A DNA stretch of 64,000 nucleotides from Phallusia mammillata. Its lineage: Eukaryota. Below the pieces are notes generated by a model. The model was not told where the DNA came from, searched no databases, and was given only the letters and a program-made list of their open reading frames with translations. Each line of letters starts with the position of its first letter. Positions within the stretch are counted from its first letter, which is position 1. A program made the position numbers and the translations under genes. The stretch spans positions 27,776,001 to 27,840,000 of the forward strand of contig OZ281494.1 of NCBI GenBank assembly GCA_965637545.1, given 5' to 3'. Of this stretch, positions 61,701 through 64,000 are shown piece after piece.

Positions 61701-63493
61701 TTTATAAGTAAAATCATAACTTATTGACATTTATTTTTAAATTAATGTCCCTAATCTAAAACAAGAAGTATTTACACATCTGATAGTTGAGTATTACATT
61801 TCAATCCGGTTAGTTTCATACCGGTTAAGCGCATATATTGAAACCGTAGCTTCTCACTGAAAATGTATCATTGGTCCAATCCGATAAATTGGAAAAAAGC
61901 TTGTCAAATTGCTGATGCAATTATCTAGATTATTTTGTATTGTATCTCTTATTAAACACCAACTACGCAAGAGATTGGCCGTTTTTCATTCACCAGACAT
62001 TGGTTTCCACTTTATCCATCGAAAATACATCCACAATTCCACTTTAAACATTTGTTTTTTAGAATCTTGAACTGAAACTTCGTGGTCTCTCAGTTGACCT
62101 GGAGCAGCGCGAGGAAAGTATTAGCAGATTGAACAAGGAGAAGAAACAGCTGGATCAAGTCAACCAGCAAACCTTGGAGGATCTGCAGGCCATGGAGGAC
62201 AAGGCGAACCACCTGAGCAAGCTGAAGACCAAGTTGGAACAACAAGTCGAAGATGTAAGTGACAGAAAAACACTCTGCAAATTTATCCATTTTTTGCCTT
62301 AAAGACTACACAGGGGTGCTCTATACTGTGTGTTTGATAGTAATTTAATCAAAATCACAGTAAATGATGTTTAGAACCAGAGTTTAAGTAATTTTAGGTG
62401 TAATGATATAAAAGCAAAAATGTCAATGTAGGATTAAATGTGTTAAAAAAATTGGCGTCAATTTGATAACATTTTTAAAACTTGTCAGGGGGTAAACTAG
62501 AAAAAAGGTTGAGATCCTCTAGTTCAGAACAATGCACTTTTGTGAGATTCAGAAAATGTTAGTTTTTTGTGTTTAATTTGGCCTTTACTTCGACAATCCT
62601 TTTCGCTCAAGTAAACCTATATTTTATGGCCCAACCCATTCACTTAGGTCGAGGATAGCTTGGAACAGGAACGCAAACACAAGAACGACCTGGAGAAGTC
62701 CAAGAGGAAGTTGGAGGCCGATCTGCGCAACGCCAACGATACCATCACCGATCTTGAGAAGGACAAATCGTCACTGGAGGACGCTCTTCGCAAGTACGTT
62801 CATTGATTTTCCCTTCTTGACAATTATTTACTCATTTGCTCATTTGGGTCAACCTTTAAGCATAAAAACGTATTTGGGTTATGGCCCAATTATTTCGAAA
62901 TGCTATGTTTTTTTTAATTAATTCAAATTTTGTGACTACAGGAAGGACTTCGAGATCAACCAGTTGAATGGACGCGTTGAAGATGAACAAACCCAATGTG
63001 TTCAACTCACCAGAAAACTTAAAGAACTCCAGGTACACTTGTGAGGAACAAACTCGATTAAACTCATGCATTGCCCCTGAGTCAATTTCTTGCTTTGCAA
63101 TAGTTCAAGCATAAAAATATCATTTTAAGTTGACCGTTGTTTGAAGTTAGGTCAACTTTTTTTTCAACAACCCTTAAATTTGCTTAAACCGAATTGGACC
63201 GGATTATTGTTTTACCCCAAACAAAGTAGATATTTTTTACAGACAAATTGAGTTTTTTTTGGAGGAGATAAAGTGGTATTGCCTCTATACCTGTCTTCCC
63301 GGCCAAGTGTTACATTTTAGACCTATCTAAATCTTAACTTTTTGCATAGGCTCGCATCGAGGATTCCGAGAACGAGCTGGAGATGGAGAGAATGGCAAGA
63401 AGCAAGGTCGAAAAGAACAGGAACGAACTTGTCCGTGAACTTGATCACCTTGGCGAGCAACTTGAAGAGGCTGGTGGTGCAACTGTTGCACAG
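46769..63493 (+). CDS. MYH16: Class II muscle myosin heavy chain, MYH16-like (5' 1161 codons; continues past the window end)
   Basis: Exons 46769-46805, 47356-47546, 48004-48147, 48587-48771, 49213-49408, 49898-50029, 50482-50616, 51003-51141, 51485-51603, 51789-51938, 52316-52486, 52910-53089, 53345-53471, 54675-54733, 55036-55138, 55458-55560, 55697-55814, 55956-56092, 56158-56239, 56742-56915, 60786-60860, 61336-61488, 62063-62254, 62648-62793, 62942-63032, 63350-63493 give one continuous frame. Motifs: [42 protein letters not shown], then coiled coil. MYH16-like features (from memory): [45 protein letters not shown]. Orthology is an inference. Confidence 0.95.
47157..47209 (+). ncRNA. Hammerhead-like core, probably degenerate, in the myosin GC-AG intron
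   Basis: CTGATGA-GACC-TTATA-GGTC-GAAAC gives a perfect core and stem II. No clean NUH triplet plus stem I downstream. Confidence 0.5.
48850..49075 (+). mobile_element. Degenerate copy of the CAGAGTTGTAAG hAT MITE family
   Basis: Aligns by eye to 54155-54427 and 60975-61197 (GGGTTCGGG..GATTCGGGCCTGA..TACAC; CATTTGTGCTT). Confidence 0.6.
49491..49657 (+). mobile_element. tRNA-derived SINE (copy 2) in a myosin intron
   Basis: A-box-like TAACTTAGTTGG, stem GAGTC/GACTC, intact B-box GGGTTCGAATCCC. Same 3' body as 26165-26311. Confidence 0.75.
54155..54427. mobile_element. hAT MITE (CAGAGTTGTAAG family)
   Basis: Ends CAGAGTTGTAAG..CAGGCC / GGCCTG..TTGCAACTCT. Perfect TSD GTTTGAAT at 54147-54154 and 54428-54435. 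Confidence 0.85.
56350..56616. mobile_element. hAT (Charlie-like) MITE
   Basis: TIRs CAGTGGTTCTTAAC / GTTAAGAATCACTG. TSD TTTCAAAT / TTTTAAAC (6/8). Confidence 0.78.
57111..57623. mobile_element. hAT MITE in the large myosin intron
   Basis: TIRs CAGGGATGGCGAAC / GTTCGCCATCCCTG. Perfect TSD AACTAGAC. Confidence 0.92.
59504..60319 (+). CDS. Putative alternative first coding exon (272 aa, Ser/Glu/Arg-rich) of a headless myosin rod isoform
   Basis: A 295-codon ORF (59504-60391) inside the 3.9-kb intron 56916-60785. Phase-0 donor GAG|GTTCGT at 60319/60320 fits the phase-0 rod exon at 60786 ([11 protein letters not shown]). In-frame stop at 59483. Acceptor TTCTAACAG at 59450 upstream of the ATG. 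Confidence 0.7.
60975..61197. mobile_element. hAT MITE (CAGAGTTGTAAG family, older copy)
   Basis: Right end CTTACAACTCTA and a degenerate left end. Flanks TCTTACGT / ACTGACGT (6/8). Confidence 0.65.
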
Positions 63494-63929
63494 GTAGCCA
63501 CATTTTCACGACGATATAGGAAATAGTATTTTATGCTTGCTGTCAATCAAAAGTGTCCACGTTTGTAAGCAATTAAGTCCGCAATTGTTTCACTTTCCAC
63601 CCGCAAACTTTACGACGTGAATAACTTGCATGTCAAGGGTGAGTTATTCGAGGTCAGTGTTGTAAGTCCAAGCAAGTTGGGGCCTAAACGGGCTTGATTT
63701 GAGCTTGACCTCTCAACCGGCATCAATTGTGCCGCAATTTCACCAACTTTCGAGCTTAATAGAGGCCTGGTAGAAAAACTCAATAGAATGACATTAAAAA
63801 GTTAACAAGAAGCAATTGAACTTTAATGCAGATAACAACCTTTGCTTATGTAAAACAATGCCAATGCTAAACCGATGGGATTAGAATTATGTCAATTTCC
63901 CTTCAAAAATATTTTCTCCCACGTGCAAC

Positions 63930-64000
63930 CAGTGGCGTAGGCAGCCAAAAATTTTGGGAGGGGCCAAATGATTTGTTGTCTAATACAACTTTTTGCTAAC
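63930..64000. mobile_element. Probable left end of a DNA-transposon MITE cut by the window edge
   Basis: CAGTGGCGTAG followed by TTTTGGGAGGGGGCC, typical of MITE termini. The partner end is not visible. Confidence 0.4.

Noticed and set aside
62378-62522. Small hAT MITE (flanks TTTAGAAC / TTCAGAAC)
   Set aside because: The left TIR is too degenerate to pair with the right end.

Overview
AT-rich, intron-rich animal genomic DNA, most likely from an ascidian/tunicate-type invertebrate chordate (inferred from gene content and sequence style). I reconstructed four spliced genes by hand from splice sites and frame continuity. (1) G-protein alpha q on the minus strand (4400-17795), with vertebrate-like GNAQ exon sizes but THREE tandem alternative first coding exons. 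(2) A FAM227-like FWWh-domain gene on the minus strand (25415-32216). (3) FoxQ1 on the plus strand (35130-42225). (4) A MYH16-like class II muscle myosin heavy chain on the plus strand (46769 to beyond the window end). Its largest intron, just inside the start of the rod, holds a same-strand 272-codon Ser/Glu-rich exon that can splice in frame onto the rod. This is a candidate headless 'myosin rod protein / myorod-like' isoform. Introns and intergenic DNA carry many hAT MITEs (two nested pairs), a Tc2/pogo-like MITE, two copies of a tRNA-derived SINE, and a very young Penelope-like insertion with a hammerhead ribozyme inside FoxQ1. Most entries in the supplied ORF track are shadows or intron read-throughs. 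Family assignments rest on remembered motifs; no database search was possible.
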